Shown one piece after another: positions 49,617-59,894 of a stretch of 64,000 nt of DNA. This DNA comes from Acidobacteriota bacterium. GTDB taxonomy: Bacteria; Acidobacteriota; UBA6911; RPQK01; JAJDTT01. Made by a program: the position numbers and the translations under genes. How positions within the stretch are numbered: position 1 is the stretch's first letter; every line of letters begins with the position of its first letter. The stretch is from contig OZ242374.1 in the NCBI GenBank assembly GCA_965209055.1, forward strand, positions 3,008,001 through 3,072,000. Reading direction: 5' to 3'. The notes below the pieces were generated by a model. It ran no database searches and had not been told where the DNA came from. It saw nothing but the letters and a program-made list of their open reading frames with translations.

Positions 49617-51820
49617 GCGGATGGAAACTCCATGATGAATCGGGTGCCGCGGGGCTCGTTCCGTTCCGCCCGGATGAAGCCGTCATGCTCGGAGACGATC
49701 TGCCTTACGATGGCCAGTCCCAGGCCCGTGCCCCGCTTCTTGGTGGAGAAGTAGGGAAGGAAGAGATTCTCGTAATCTTCCGGGGAGATCCCGGTTCCGT
49801 TGTCTTCGAATTCCACCACCATCGAGCCCCGGTCCGGATGGTAACGGCTGCGAATCCCGATCCGGCGGCGGCCCTTGACCTCCACCAGGGCGTCGAGGGA
49901 GTTGTCGATCAGGTTGACGAACACCCGCTGGATCTGGACCGGGTCCCAGCGCACCGTCTTGATACGGGGATCGAAGTGGGTTCTCACCCCCACGCTCTTC
50001 AATGCTCCGTCGTAACGGGCCAGGGTCTGTTCCACCAGCCTGGCCGGATCGACCTCCACGGGATGGCAGATGGGAAGCCGGGCGAAACGGGAAAACTCCT
50101 CGACCAGGGTTTTGAGCGTAGCCGCCTCCGTGGTGATCAGAGCCGTCGCTTCCGTCAAGGTCTCGCCAAACCGGCGGGTCTCGCGAGCTCCGGGAAGGGT
50201 CTGCTCGATCCTGTGGAAGCGGTTCCGGATGCGGTCGGCCGAGAGCTGAATCGGTGTCAGGGGGTTCTTGATCTCGTGAGCCAGTCGCCTGGCGACCTCC
50301 TGCCAGGCGGCGAATTTCTCCGCCCGGATCAGCTCCGTCAAGTCGTCCAGGACCACCAGGTGCTCGACGCCGTTCTTGAACGGCAGGTTGGTGGTGGTGG
50401 CGGTGACGGTCAGTGGCGGCTGGCCCTGGCCGCGCTTGAAATTGACCCGGCGCCGATCGGTGCTGAACAGGCTCACCCGTTTTTTCATGTCCTCAAAATC
50501 GGCGTAGACATCCGGCTCCAGAACGCTGCTCAAGGGCCGGTTCAGGATCTGCTCCGGCCCCGCGCCGAACATTTCCATGGCCGCCTGGTTGACGGTGCGG
50601 ATCACATCGTTTCCATCGACGCTCACCACGCCGGTGGCGATATTCTCCAGGATGGCCTCGATATACTTCCGCCGTTCATCCAGGCGCTCGTTGGTCTCCC
50701 GCAACTCGGCGTTGGCCTGCTCCAGCCGCCGCCTGCTTTGGCGAATCTCGTCGGCCATCCGGTTGAAGGAGTCCACCAGGATGCCCAACTCGTCCACCGC
50801 CTTCTGCTCCACCCGGTGGTCCAGGTTCCCTTCGGCAAGCTCCCGCGCGCCCTGGGCCAGGGCCTCCAGCGGAACCGTGATTCGTCTGGCCATATAGGTG
50901 CCCAGCCAGACGAAAACGACCACCACGATCAAGGTGGTGACGGTCATGATCAGGAAGTAGCTGTTTTCGAACTGTTGCCGGCTGCTCATCAACTGGCGGT
51001 GCCTCGCCGCCGCGTCCTGCATTTCCCCAATGCGGAATTTGACGCTGTCGGGCAGTGCGAAGCTGGCCACCAGGCCCCCCACCACCGATCCGTCGGAACC
51101 TCGGGCCGGAACCGCGGCCAATCCCCGGTCGACGAACCTCCGCAGGTTCAGGTCGGCTTGAGAGGAGACGCCATAGTACTCCCTGCCGTCCAGGACATGG
51201 TCCAGCGCAAGGTCCCACGGAGCATCCTCCCAATCGCCCTGCCGGAATCGGACCTTCCGGTCCCGATCCACCAGCATCAGGCCGTCGAACCCGAGCTCGG
51301 CAATGCGGCCGCGCAATGCGGAATCGAAAGAGAAGCCGGCCCAATCGATCCGGCCGCTGAGGGTGCGGGCCGCAACCATGCTCACGGTCTTCTTCTCTTC
51401 GTAATAGTTCGAGGCAATGATTTCAGACGCTTCCAGTAGGTCCTCGGAGGGGGAACTGAACCAGAGCTTGAGGTTTTCGTTGATGAGTCCGGTTGCTACG
51501 AAAAAGTAGATCAGAGCCGGAAAGAGGGAAATGATGGTCAGGGTCAGCACCAGCTTCCGCTTCAGGCGGGTGCCTTCCCGCCTGGATTGATGCTCGAAAA
51601 ACAGCTTGATGAGATTCCGGGCGAAAATGAAGAGAAGCGTCAGAGCCACTATGAAATAGATGGCCCAGACCGCGGACCAGAGAGTCAGATTCGAGACGAA
51701 CTGCGGGTTGCCGACGGAAGTCGGGTTCAGAAAGAGAACGGCTGCCAGCACCAGGAGCGCGGAGAAGGCGAGAAGCGCTCCCGTCCAGTAGATCCTCCGG
51801 AGTCGTTCGGGCCGCTTCAT
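49613..51820 (-). CDS. NtrY-like HAMP/PAS sensor histidine kinase
   Basis: AWQEVARRLAHEIKNPLTPIQLSA, DNGTG, GTGLGL. Confidence 0.93.
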   Translation of the reverse strand: MKRPERLRRIYWTGALLAFSALLVLAAVLFLNPTSVGNPQFVSNLTLWSAVWAIYFIVALTLLFIFARNLIKLFFEHQSRREGTRLKRKLVLTLTIISLFPALIYFFVATGLINENLKLWFSSPSEDLLEASEIIASNYYEEKKTVSMVAARTLSGRIDWAGFSFDSALRGRIAELGFDGLMLVDRDRKVRFRQGDWEDAPWDLALDHVLDGREYYGVSSQADLNLRRFVDRGLAAVPARGSDGSVVGGLVASFALPDSVKFRIGEMQDAAARHRQLMSSRQQFENSYFLIMTVTTLIVVVVFVWLGTYMARRITVPLEALAQGARELAEGNLDHRVEQKAVDELGILVDSFNRMADEIRQSRRRLEQANAELRETNERLDERRKYIEAILENIATGVVSVDGNDVIRTVNQAAMEMFGAGPEQILNRPLSSVLEPDVYADFEDMKKRVSLFSTDRRRVNFKRGQGQPPLTVTATTTNLPFKNGVEHLVVLDDLTELIRAEKFAAWQEVARRLAHEIKNPLTPIQLSADRIRNRFHRIEQTLPGARETRRFGETLTEATALITTEAATLKTLVEEFSRFARLPICHPVEVDPARLVEQTLARYDGALKSVGVRTHFDPRIKTVRWDPVQIQRVFVNLIDNSLDALVEVKGRRRIGIRSRYHPDRGSMVVEFEDNGTGISPEDYENLFLPYFSTKKRGTGLGLAIVRQIVSEHDGFIRAERNEPRGTRFIMEFPSA

Positions 51821-52000
51821 GATGCCGGCTAAGTTAAGGGTCGGAAAGCGCCCCGGGGAACGCTTGTCAGGTTTCCCGAATCTTCGGTATTGTAGCATCT
51901 TCTCAGGCCTGAACCGGTCGGCGGGGACGGCGTGGGCGCCGGGCCGCGGGGCCGGATTCGGATTGATCGGATTGCAGGAAGAAACACGGGACAGCGTGTG

Positions 52001-54016
52001 ATGAAGGGTCTCCCTGATCCCGAGTCTCTGCTGCGGGTCGGGATCGACACCGGCGGCACCTTCACCGATTTCGTGGTCTGCCGCGAAGGCCGGATCGAAT
52101 CCCTCAAGCTGCCCTCGACGCCGGCGACGCCGGAAAAGGCAGTCCTGGAGGGGTTGGCCCGCATTCTCGGCGACGCCCCCGCTCTGGTTCAACACGGCTT
52201 CACCGTCGGCACCAACGCCTTGCTGGAGCGCAAGGGGGCCAAGATCCTTCTGGTGACGACCGAGGGTTTCCAGGACATTCTGGAGATCGGCCGCCAGAAC
52301 CGGGCGCATCTGTACAATCTGACCGCCGGCCGGGTCGCCCCGCTGGTCCCCCGCAGCCGGCGCATCGGAATCCAGGAGCGGACGCTTCACGACGGCGCGC
52401 GGCTGGAGCCGCTGAAACGGGAGACTCTGGACCGGCTCCTGGAAAGGGTGCGGCGCCAGTCGCCCCAGGCCGTCGCGGTAGTCCTGCTGCACAGCTACAT
52501 CAATCCACGCCACGAGGACCTGGTCGGCAAGGCGTTGCGGGACACCGGAATACCGGTCAGCCTCTCCAGCCGCATCCTGCCCGAGTTTCGCGAATACGAG
52601 CGCACGTCGGCGACGGTCATCAACGCCTACCTGACGCCGGTGGTCGACCGCTATCTGGACGCTTTGAGCTCGAGCCCGTTGCTGGAGGGGGGCCGTCTCT
52701 CGGTCATGCAGTCCAACGGGGGGACGGTGCCGCTGGCGTCGACTTCCGTCGATCCGGTGAGAACTCTCTTTTCGGGACCGGCCGGAGGCGTCGTGGGAGC
52801 CTTCAAGCTGGCCCGGCAGGCCGGCTACGGCCGGATCATCACCTTGGACATGGGGGGCACGTCCACGGATGTCTGCCTCTGCGACCAGCGGGTCCCCAGC
52901 ACGGGAGAGGCCGAGGTGGACCGCCTTCCCCTGCCCGTCCAGACGATTCCCATTCGTTCCGTCGGCGCGGGCGGAGGCTCCATTGCATGGGTCGATTCCG
53001 GAGGGCTGCTGCGGGTGGGTCCCCGAAGCGCAGGGTCCCGTCCGGGTCCCGTCTGCTACGGGAGGGGGCGGAGCATCACCGTGACCGACGCCAACCTCTT
53101 TTTGGGCAGAATCGACGCCGAGCGCTTTCTGGGCGGAGAGATGAGACTCGATTCAGACCGGTTGCCCAAGTACCTGAAACAGCTTTCCAACCGGCTCCAG
53201 GAGCATTCCTGGTCGCCCGAGGAGCTTTCCGAGGGAATCATCAAGATCGCCAACACCCAGATGGAAACGGCCTTGCGCGTGATCTCCCTGGAAAAGGGCT
53301 ACGACACCCGGGACTTCACACTGGTGAGCTACGGGGGCGCGGGCGGGCTCCACGCCTGCGAGCTGGCCCGGTCTCTGATGATTCCGCGGGTCATGGTTCC
53401 TCCCAGCCCGGGTCTGGTCTCCGCTTGGGGGATGATGGACTCGCAGGTCGTCCGGGACCTCTCCCGTACCGTCCGTCTCACCTTCAGCAACGCCAGCGTG
53501 GCCCGCCGCCTCCGGAAGAGGGTGGCGCCCCTGGTGGATCGGGCGCGCCGCCAGTTGGTTCGGGATGGGTTTGAGGAGAAGCGGATCGAGGTGCAGCGGA
53601 GCGTGGACCTTCGCTACCTGGGACAGGGTTACGAAATCAACGTCCCCTACTCACGCAACTTGTTGCGGGCTTTTCACAAGAAGCATGAGAGGCTCTACGG
53701 GTACTCCAATCCCGGTCTCTCCGTGGAGGTGGTGACACTGCGCGTTCGGGCCTTCGGCAACCATTCCGAGTTGCCGCTTCCGGAGGCCGCCGCCATCCCG
53801 AAGAAGCGGCCCCGGGCCATTGCCCAAGGAAAAAGAAAGGTTTTCTTCGGGCGAAAGCGCCGTGTGACCCGCTTCTACGATCGCGACCGGCTACGGCCCG
53901 GAACGCGGCTCAAGTCGCCCGCCGTGATCAGCGAATACAGCGCCACCACTTTGATTCCTCCCGGATTCAAGGGTCGTGTGGACCGCTGGCGGAACCTGAT
54001 TCTGGAGCCTGCTTAG
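52001..54016 (+). CDS. Hydantoinase/5-oxoprolinase family protein (A subunit)
   Basis: GIDTGGTFTD, REYER, SGPAGG, DMGGTSTD, GAGGGS. Confidence 0.95.
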   Translation: MKGLPDPESLLRVGIDTGGTFTDFVVCREGRIESLKLPSTPATPEKAVLEGLARILGDAPALVQHGFTVGTNALLERKGAKILLVTTEGFQDILEIGRQNRAHLYNLTAGRVAPLVPRSRRIGIQERTLHDGARLEPLKRETLDRLLERVRRQSPQAVAVVLLHSYINPRHEDLVGKALRDTGIPVSLSSRILPEFREYERTSATVINAYLTPVVDRYLDALSSSPLLEGGRLSVMQSNGGTVPLASTSVDPVRTLFSGPAGGVVGAFKLARQAGYGRIITLDMGGTSTDVCLCDQRVPSTGEAEVDRLPLPVQTIPIRSVGAGGGSIAWVDSGGLLRVGPRSAGSRPGPVCYGRGRSITVTDANLFLGRIDAERFLGGEMRLDSDRLPKYLKQLSNRLQEHSWSPEELSEGIIKIANTQMETALRVISLEKGYDTRDFTLVSYGGAGGLHACELARSLMIPRVMVPPSPGLVSAWGMMDSQVVRDLSRTVRLTFSNASVARRLRKRVAPLVDRARRQLVRDGFEEKRIEVQRSVDLRYLGQGYEINVPYSRNLLRAFHKKHERLYGYSNPGLSVEVVTLRVRAFGNHSELPLPEAAAIPKKRPRAIAQGKRKVFFGRKRRVTRFYDRDRLRPGTRLKSPAVISEYSATTLIPPGFKGRVDRWRNLILEPA

Positions 54017-54725
54017 CCCTGCCGAAGGAGATGTGGTACAGCAGGACTCCCGCCGCCACCGACAGGTTCAGGGATGCGACCCGTCCCTGCATGGGCAGGG
54101 CCGCGAGGTAGTCGCACTGCCGGCGCACGAGTCGGCGCAGACCCTGGTGTTCACCCCCCACGACCACCACCAGCCGCAGCGTGGTGTCGATCTGGTTCAG
54201 GCCGGTCGAGCCCTTCGGATCCAGACCCACGATCCAGAATCCCGCCTGCTTGAGTTGGTCCAGGGTGCGAGACAAGTTGGAGACACGGCAGATCTTCAGA
54301 TGAAGGGCGGCTCCGGCGCTGGCGGTGACGACGCCGGAAGTAATGGAGCAGGAACGGCGTCGCGGGATCAGAACTCCGTCGACGCCGACGGCCTCCGCGG
54401 TTCTCAGGAGAGCCCCCAGATTGTTGGGGTCCTGGACGCCGTCGACGGCGAGCAGCAAGCTCGGCCTCTGCTCCAGGATCGACTCGAGAGGGACCGGCGC
54501 AGCCCCGGAAACCCGGGCCGAGACCTCCTCGTGACGCTGCCGCCGGCCGGCGGCTGAAGACCGGGACACGGCCTCGACTTCGACCGGAATGCCGCGGCGG
54601 CGAGCCGCTTGGACGATTCCCTGCAGTCTTGGATTCAGACTCCGCCTCCGGATCAGAATCTTCTCGACCTTGGGAATCTCCGCCGCCAGCGCCTCCCGGA
54701 CGGCATGGACCCCGTGAACGATCAT
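53967..54725 (-). CDS. rlmB: 23S rRNA Gm2251 methyltransferase (SpoU)
   Basis: GVHAVREAL, DPNNLGALLR, GGEHQG, SLNLSVA. Confidence 0.9.
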   Translation of the reverse strand: MIVHGVHAVREALAAEIPKVEKILIRRRSLNPRLQGIVQAARRRGIPVEVEAVSRSSAAGRRQRHEEVSARVSGAAPVPLESILEQRPSLLLAVDGVQDPNNLGALLRTAEAVGVDGVLIPRRRSCSITSGVVTASAGAALHLKICRVSNLSRTLDQLKQAGFWIVGLDPKGSTGLNQIDTTLRLVVVVGGEHQGLRRLVRRQCDYLAALPMQGRVASLNLSVAAGVLLYHISFGRAKQAPESGSASGPHDP

Positions 54726-54890
54726 GAGACGGGATCAGGATTGAAAACCGGCGTCATGGCCGGAGTATACACTCGGAGCCAGAGTGGGAAGGAGCCAGCA
54801 CGAGACTGAACGGCCGGTCCGGCCCGGTGAAATACCGGGAGAAAAAGGGGTGGTCCGGGAGCAGTCGCAGTTTCGGGGATTTGCCGCGGA

Positions 54891-54919
54891 TTGACTATCG
54901 TGATGACGATGCCTACAAT
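54891..54919 (+). promoter_or_regulatory. Sigma70-type promoter
   Basis: TTGACT-N17-TACAAT, 20 nt before ATG 54940. Confidence 0.65.
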
Positions 54920-54939
54920 GTGCAATTGAAAGAAAACTT

Positions 54940-56724
54940 ATGGCCTGTCCTTCAATAGGTCGCTTTTCAGTTCGCCTGATTCTCGTCTGCGCCCTCATAG
55001 CTCTGTCCGGAGTATCGGCGCGGGCGTCCGCCCGGGGACAACTCCTGGGGCTGGTGCAAGACGAATCCGGGCTTCCGGTTTCCGACGTTCTGGTCACTCT
55101 GACGGAAGACTCCTCCGACGAGGGCCTGCCCGTTCTCACCCGCAGCGACGCTTCGGGGCGCCTGTTCTTCAAGAATATGAGGGCGGGTTCCTACAGAGTC
55201 CTGGTCAAGAGCAGTCAGTACGCGGTGCGGAAGGCGGCTCCGGTGGAGATTCGTCCCGGGCAGACGGCGGTGATGACCCTGGTGTTGCAGGATCTGCTGG
55301 ACGTCGAAGGGCTGGGAGGCCGAAACGTCAGCTTCAAGGCGCTGTTTCGCAACGCCGACCCCCGGCTTATTTTCCGCCATCTTCCCGAGCTGCTGGAAGG
55401 AAAGACCAATCCCTGGTTCGAAAGCGCGGTTTTCCAGGTTTATTCCAATGCCGGCCATGGCGGCGACTATCTCCGCCTTCCCGACGACTCCGCGGGCGCG
55501 ACCACGGCAAACTTCGCCATGGTGCAGAGCCTGCCCGGCGGCCGCGACTACATCTTCGCGGGCCAGTTGAATTCGGGCGAGGATGCGCTCTGGCGGATCA
55601 AGGCGTTCATGGACCAGTCGCTGAGCGAGCGGCACTCGATCAGGTTGTACCTGGGCCACGGCCGGATCGGCGTCCACCAACCCAGAATGGCCCTGTTGGG
55701 GAATCCTGGCTCCCTGGGGCGCGACCTGGATTTCACCAATGCCGCCGGCACCACCAACATCCTCAGCGTGGGTTTTGAAGACCGGTTCTCGTGGGGCGAC
55801 ACGCTGGACCTGAACTGGGGGCTGGAGCTGAACAGGGTCCGGTCGACCTACAACTATTCGACACTGAGTCCGAGTGCCGAGTTGACCCTGCGACCGGTCC
55901 CCCGAGCCCGTCTGCGCCTCACCATGGCGTCGAAACGGCCCGCTCTCTACCAGAATTCCGTGACTCTGGAGGACGGCCGTTCCCTGGGCCTCTCGGATGC
56001 CGTCAAGATCTCCTGGATCGACAACCGATTGGAATTCGGCACCTCGCGCCACTTCCAGGGCAGCATGTCCTACACGCTCTGGGACGACACCGAGTTGGAG
56101 CTGGTCCGCTTCCAGGACCAGTTCTTCGGCGGAACCGTCCCCTTCATGGCCTTTTTCGCGAATTCTCCGGACCCGGACCTGGTTCGGCTGACCGATGATC
56201 AGGCCCGGACCTGGGGCAATCGGTTGACGCTGCGGCAGGGAATCAGCCGCAATGTTCGAGCCGGTGTTTCCTATATCCGCGGCTCGGCCGTCAGTGTGAT
56301 TCCTGCCGGGTACACGCTGGTGCTGGAAACGCCGGATGTCGGCGCACTGTTGAAACGAAGAGGTTACGGTGCTGTCGCTTCCGAACTGGGCGTGCTCATC
56401 CCGACGACTCGGACCGAGTTGACGGCCGTGGTCAAGTTCGTGACGGATGGAGATCCCGTGACCCCGTTGAACGCTCTCTCGGATGTCTACGAGACTGGCA
56501 ACAAGGGTCTGAATCTCTTTATTCGCCAGCTCATTCCCATTCCCGACAGCGTCTTGAGTTTTCTCGGCCTGGACTTCCTCAACGGACGTCAGATCGAGGC
56601 ACTGCTGGATATCCGCAATCTCACCAATGAGGACCTTGGCGTGATCTCCAACGGTCCGGGTGGAAGCGTCGTCCTGGCCCAGGACCCAAGGTCCCTTCGG
56701 GGAGGAGTCACGGTCAGGTTCTGA
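54940..56724 (+). CDS. Outer-membrane beta-barrel protein with N-terminal carboxypeptidase-regulatory-like domain
   Basis: Signal peptide, GLVQDESGLPV, amphipathic strands, C-terminal GGVTVRF. Confidence 0.8.
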   Translation: MACPSIGRFSVRLILVCALIALSGVSARASARGQLLGLVQDESGLPVSDVLVTLTEDSSDEGLPVLTRSDASGRLFFKNMRAGSYRVLVKSSQYAVRKAAPVEIRPGQTAVMTLVLQDLLDVEGLGGRNVSFKALFRNADPRLIFRHLPELLEGKTNPWFESAVFQVYSNAGHGGDYLRLPDDSAGATTANFAMVQSLPGGRDYIFAGQLNSGEDALWRIKAFMDQSLSERHSIRLYLGHGRIGVHQPRMALLGNPGSLGRDLDFTNAAGTTNILSVGFEDRFSWGDTLDLNWGLELNRVRSTYNYSTLSPSAELTLRPVPRARLRLTMASKRPALYQNSVTLEDGRSLGLSDAVKISWIDNRLEFGTSRHFQGSMSYTLWDDTELELVRFQDQFFGGTVPFMAFFANSPDPDLVRLTDDQARTWGNRLTLRQGISRNVRAGVSYIRGSAVSVIPAGYTLVLETPDVGALLKRRGYGAVASELGVLIPTTRTELTAVVKFVTDGDPVTPLNALSDVYETGNKGLNLFIRQLIPIPDSVLSFLGLDFLNGRQIEALLDIRNLTNEDLGVISNGPGGSVVLAQDPRSLRGGVTVRF

Positions 56725-56920
56725 TTTCCCACCGCTGTCCCTGCCATTGTCGGAAGCGGGACTCCCGGCAAGCTCCGATCCAAGGGCCCATGTCGACAAT
56801 CCAATTTATTGGATCTCATACGAGAGATTGGATCTGAACCCGTGTCAATGGCGCGCCGGCTTCCTCGCACGGCCGAGTATCCCTCTTCTTCCCCAGACAT
56901 TTCGGGTGTGGACCGACAGG

Positions 56921-56935
56921 TGGCACCGATCTTGC
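56921..56935 (+). promoter_or_regulatory. Sigma54 -24/-12 promoter
   Basis: TGGCAC-CGATC-TTGC, exact consensus, intergenic, ~90 nt before the kinase. Confidence 0.75.
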
Positions 56936-57026
56936 GAGTAACAGATGGGGAGTTGGAGGGACTGTGAAAAGCGCCGCAGACGTGTGCATCGTTTCCGTTG
57001 ACGGCCGTTTCTGAGGGGAGCCGTTC

Positions 57027-59894
57027 ATGCTTCGTGGCTTCCAACTGAAGGCTATCCTGGTCGTCCTGGCCTCTGCCGTCGCCGTCTATGTCGGCGTCCT
57101 GAATCTTCTGGACCGGTCGACCTGGGGCGAGGTCTCCGACGGAATCGTCTGGACCGAAGGAAGTAGCGGGGACGTCCTCGCCCACCGGATCCACGATCCG
57201 GGGGCCGGTGGCCCGCGTGCCGGAATCGAGCCGGGAGACCGGCTGGTGGAACTGGGGGGTATCGAGATCCGGTCTCTCGACGACTACGTCGAAGTGATGG
57301 AAGTCTTGGCCGGGTCCGGTTCCATTGGCATGCCGGCGACCTATCTGGTCCAGAAAACACCGGGAGGCGACCCGCGCCAACACCAGGTGCAACTGGAGGT
57401 TGAGCCGGGACTCGGCCGGACCGACGGTCTTCTGGTGCTTGTCGCGCTGCTCCATCTGGCCATCGGATTGTTCGTTTTCCTGCGCAAGCACGAGTCGGCG
57501 GGCGCGCTCCACTTTTTTGTGCTGTGCCTGGTCTCGTTCTGCCTCTATCTGTACCGGTACTCGGGTCGCAGCGATTCCTTCGATCTCCTGGTTTATTGGA
57601 TCGGATCGGTGGCGCTGCTGGTCCTTCCTCCCTTGTTTCTCCACTTCTGCGCGACGTTTCCCGAGGCCCAACGATGGCTGGACCGCCGGGGAAGGCTGGG
57701 TGTTGCCTTCTATCTGCCGGCGTTCGTGCTTTTGGCCATCCATGTGGCCTGGTTCCTGGGATCCCTGCAGCCGTTGGGGTTGCCGCGAAGTCCGGGGGTC
57801 GCTCACTTTTTTGACAAGATTCACCTGTCCCATTTGGGAATCTTCTTTTGTCTCGGAGCCGGTTTGCTCATCCAGTCCGGCCGGCAGGCGCGGACTCCCC
57901 TTCACCGCAGGCAGATGATGTGGGTTTCCCATGGGACCCTCATCGCCCTGGCTCCGTTTTTGATTCTGTATGCCGGACCCTATTTCATGGGTTTCCCCAT
58001 ACATCCCGTCATGGAGATGTCGATCCTGAGTCTGGCGCTCCTTCCCTTGTGTTTCGGTTACGCCATCATCCGCTACCGGTTGATGGACGTTGAGTTGATC
58101 TTTCGCGAAAGCGCGGCCTACGTCCTGGCCAGTTGGGTCCTCCTGGTCTTTTACGTGGGGGTGGTCCTGCTGGTCGGTGGGACGCTGTTCGGACTCTCTC
58201 CCCATTCCGATTTCTCGGTGTTCGCCGTTTCGGCCTTGGTGGCGGCTTTCCTGTTCGCACCGGTGAAGGACAAGATTCAGCAGCGGTTGGACCGCTACTA
58301 CTATCCGGAGACCTATGATTACCGTCAGTCTTTTGCGGATTTCGGCAAGAGCCTGAACTCGGAGTTCAGCCTGCCGCGTTTGGCGGAGCGAGTTTGCGCC
58401 CGGATCGAGCAGACCTTCACGGTCCGTCCCGTGGCCGTCTTTCTCCGCTCCCCGGAACGGCCCGGCAGGTTCTTCCTATACCACTCCCTCGGCGTCAACG
58501 GCGGCCTTGACCAGGAAAGTCCGATACTGCTGCCGGCTCCAGCTTGGGGCGGCGGCCACGGCCGGGCGGAGCGGGTGGCGCCGGATTTCGGCGGCAGGGA
58601 TGAGGAGGCGGGATACCGGACCCGGCTGGCGGCCTTGGGAATCCGGACTCTCCAGCCCCTTGAGACCCATGGCCGCGTCATCGGCCAGTTGGGACTGGGG
58701 GATCGCGCCAACGGCGACGCCTTGAACAGCGAAGATTTGGAGTTGCTGGCGGCGCTGGCCGGTTATGCGGCGACTGCCATGGACAACGCCGTGCTCTACC
58801 GTTCGTTGGAAACCAAGGCGGGCGAACTGCAAAGACTCAAGAGCTACAACGAAAGCGTCATCCAGAGCATCACCGCGGGAGTGGTGGTGGTCGATTCGGA
58901 AGGCGCGGTCCGAGTCTGGAACTCGTTCATGGAGACGTTCTACGGTCTGGAGGCGAGCCAGGCGGTGGGCCGGAGCATCGACCATGTCTTTCCCTCGGAC
59001 CTGCTCCGATCCGTGACGGAAGCGCTGGGCAGGTCTCGCTGGCGGATTCCGAAGGTGGCACGCCTGGACAAGACGCGTCTCAAGTCCTCCTCAGGCGAGG
59101 AGCGCCTCGTGAATGTCCATCTCTCGCCCTTCGTGGCCCAGGATGACGTCCTTACCGGAACTCTTCTGCTCTTCGACGACGTCACGGAGAAGCAGCAGTT
59201 GGAGGATCAACTGGTCCAGGCGGAGAAGCTCACCTCCATCGGCCTCTTGGCGGCGGGCGTGGCGCATGAGGTCAATACCCCTCTGGCCGGGATCTCGAGC
59301 TACACGCAGTTGCTGCTGGATTCGACCCCTTCTTCCGATTCCCGGCGCGACCTGTTGGAGAAGATCGAAAAACAGAGCTTTCGAGCCTCGCGGATCGTCA
59401 ACAACCTGGTCAATTTCGCCCGTGTCCGGGACGGCGAATTCCGTGAAGTCAACGTCAATTCCCTGATGCTGGAGACGGTGTCCCTCCTGGAGCATCAACT
59501 CTGGAGCCAGGGGGTGGAGGTCAGTCTCCACCTCGATCCCGCTCTGCCCCGCACCCGGGGCCATGAGGGCAAGCTGCAGCAGGTTTTCGTCAATTTGCTG
59601 ATGAATGCCAAGGACGCCATGCCGGACGGAGGGAGCATCACGGTCCGCACCTCCCACCGGAACTCAGGGCTCCTGGTGGAGGTGGTAGACAGTGGAAAGG
59701 GCATTCCCGGAGACGTTCTGCACCGAATCTACGACCCTTTCTTCACCACCAAGGACGTCGGCAAGGGAACCGGTCTGGGACTCTCGGTCTGTTATGGAAT
59801 CGTGCAGGAGCATGAGGGCCGGATTCAGGCGAGAAGCCAAGCGGGCGAGGGAAGCACGTTCACAGTCCATCTGCCCGTGAAAAGGGTTCAATGA
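57027..59894 (+). CDS. Multi-TM PDZ/GAF/PAS sensor histidine kinase
   Basis: AGIEPGDRL (PDZ), many TM helices, GAF, PAS, AHEVNTPL, DPFFTTK, GTGLGL. Confidence 0.92.
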   Translation: MLRGFQLKAILVVLASAVAVYVGVLNLLDRSTWGEVSDGIVWTEGSSGDVLAHRIHDPGAGGPRAGIEPGDRLVELGGIEIRSLDDYVEVMEVLAGSGSIGMPATYLVQKTPGGDPRQHQVQLEVEPGLGRTDGLLVLVALLHLAIGLFVFLRKHESAGALHFFVLCLVSFCLYLYRYSGRSDSFDLLVYWIGSVALLVLPPLFLHFCATFPEAQRWLDRRGRLGVAFYLPAFVLLAIHVAWFLGSLQPLGLPRSPGVAHFFDKIHLSHLGIFFCLGAGLLIQSGRQARTPLHRRQMMWVSHGTLIALAPFLILYAGPYFMGFPIHPVMEMSILSLALLPLCFGYAIIRYRLMDVELIFRESAAYVLASWVLLVFYVGVVLLVGGTLFGLSPHSDFSVFAVSALVAAFLFAPVKDKIQQRLDRYYYPETYDYRQSFADFGKSLNSEFSLPRLAERVCARIEQTFTVRPVAVFLRSPERPGRFFLYHSLGVNGGLDQESPILLPAPAWGGGHGRAERVAPDFGGRDEEAGYRTRLAALGIRTLQPLETHGRVIGQLGLGDRANGDALNSEDLELLAALAGYAATAMDNAVLYRSLETKAGELQRLKSYNESVIQSITAGVVVVDSEGAVRVWNSFMETFYGLEASQAVGRSIDHVFPSDLLRSVTEALGRSRWRIPKVARLDKTRLKSSSGEERLVNVHLSPFVAQDDVLTGTLLLFDDVTEKQQLEDQLVQAEKLTSIGLLAAGVAHEVNTPLAGISSYTQLLLDSTPSSDSRRDLLEKIEKQSFRASRIVNNLVNFARVRDGEFREVNVNSLMLETVSLLEHQLWSQGVEVSLHLDPALPRTRGHEGKLQQVFVNLLMNAKDAMPDGGSITVRTSHRNSGLLVEVVDSGKGIPGDVLHRIYDPFFTTKDVGKGTGLGLSVCYGIVQEHEGRIQARSQAGEGSTFTVHLPVKRVQ

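Noticed and set aside
47218-49686. 822-aa recombinase fusion or second island integrase
   Set aside because: The N-terminal ~520 aa are an alternate frame of the NtrX-like gene; the remainder is ordinary XerC in a core context.
53967-54016. 50-bp convergent overlap of the hydantoinase and rlmB genes
   Set aside because: Short tail-to-tail overlaps are common; both proteins look complete.
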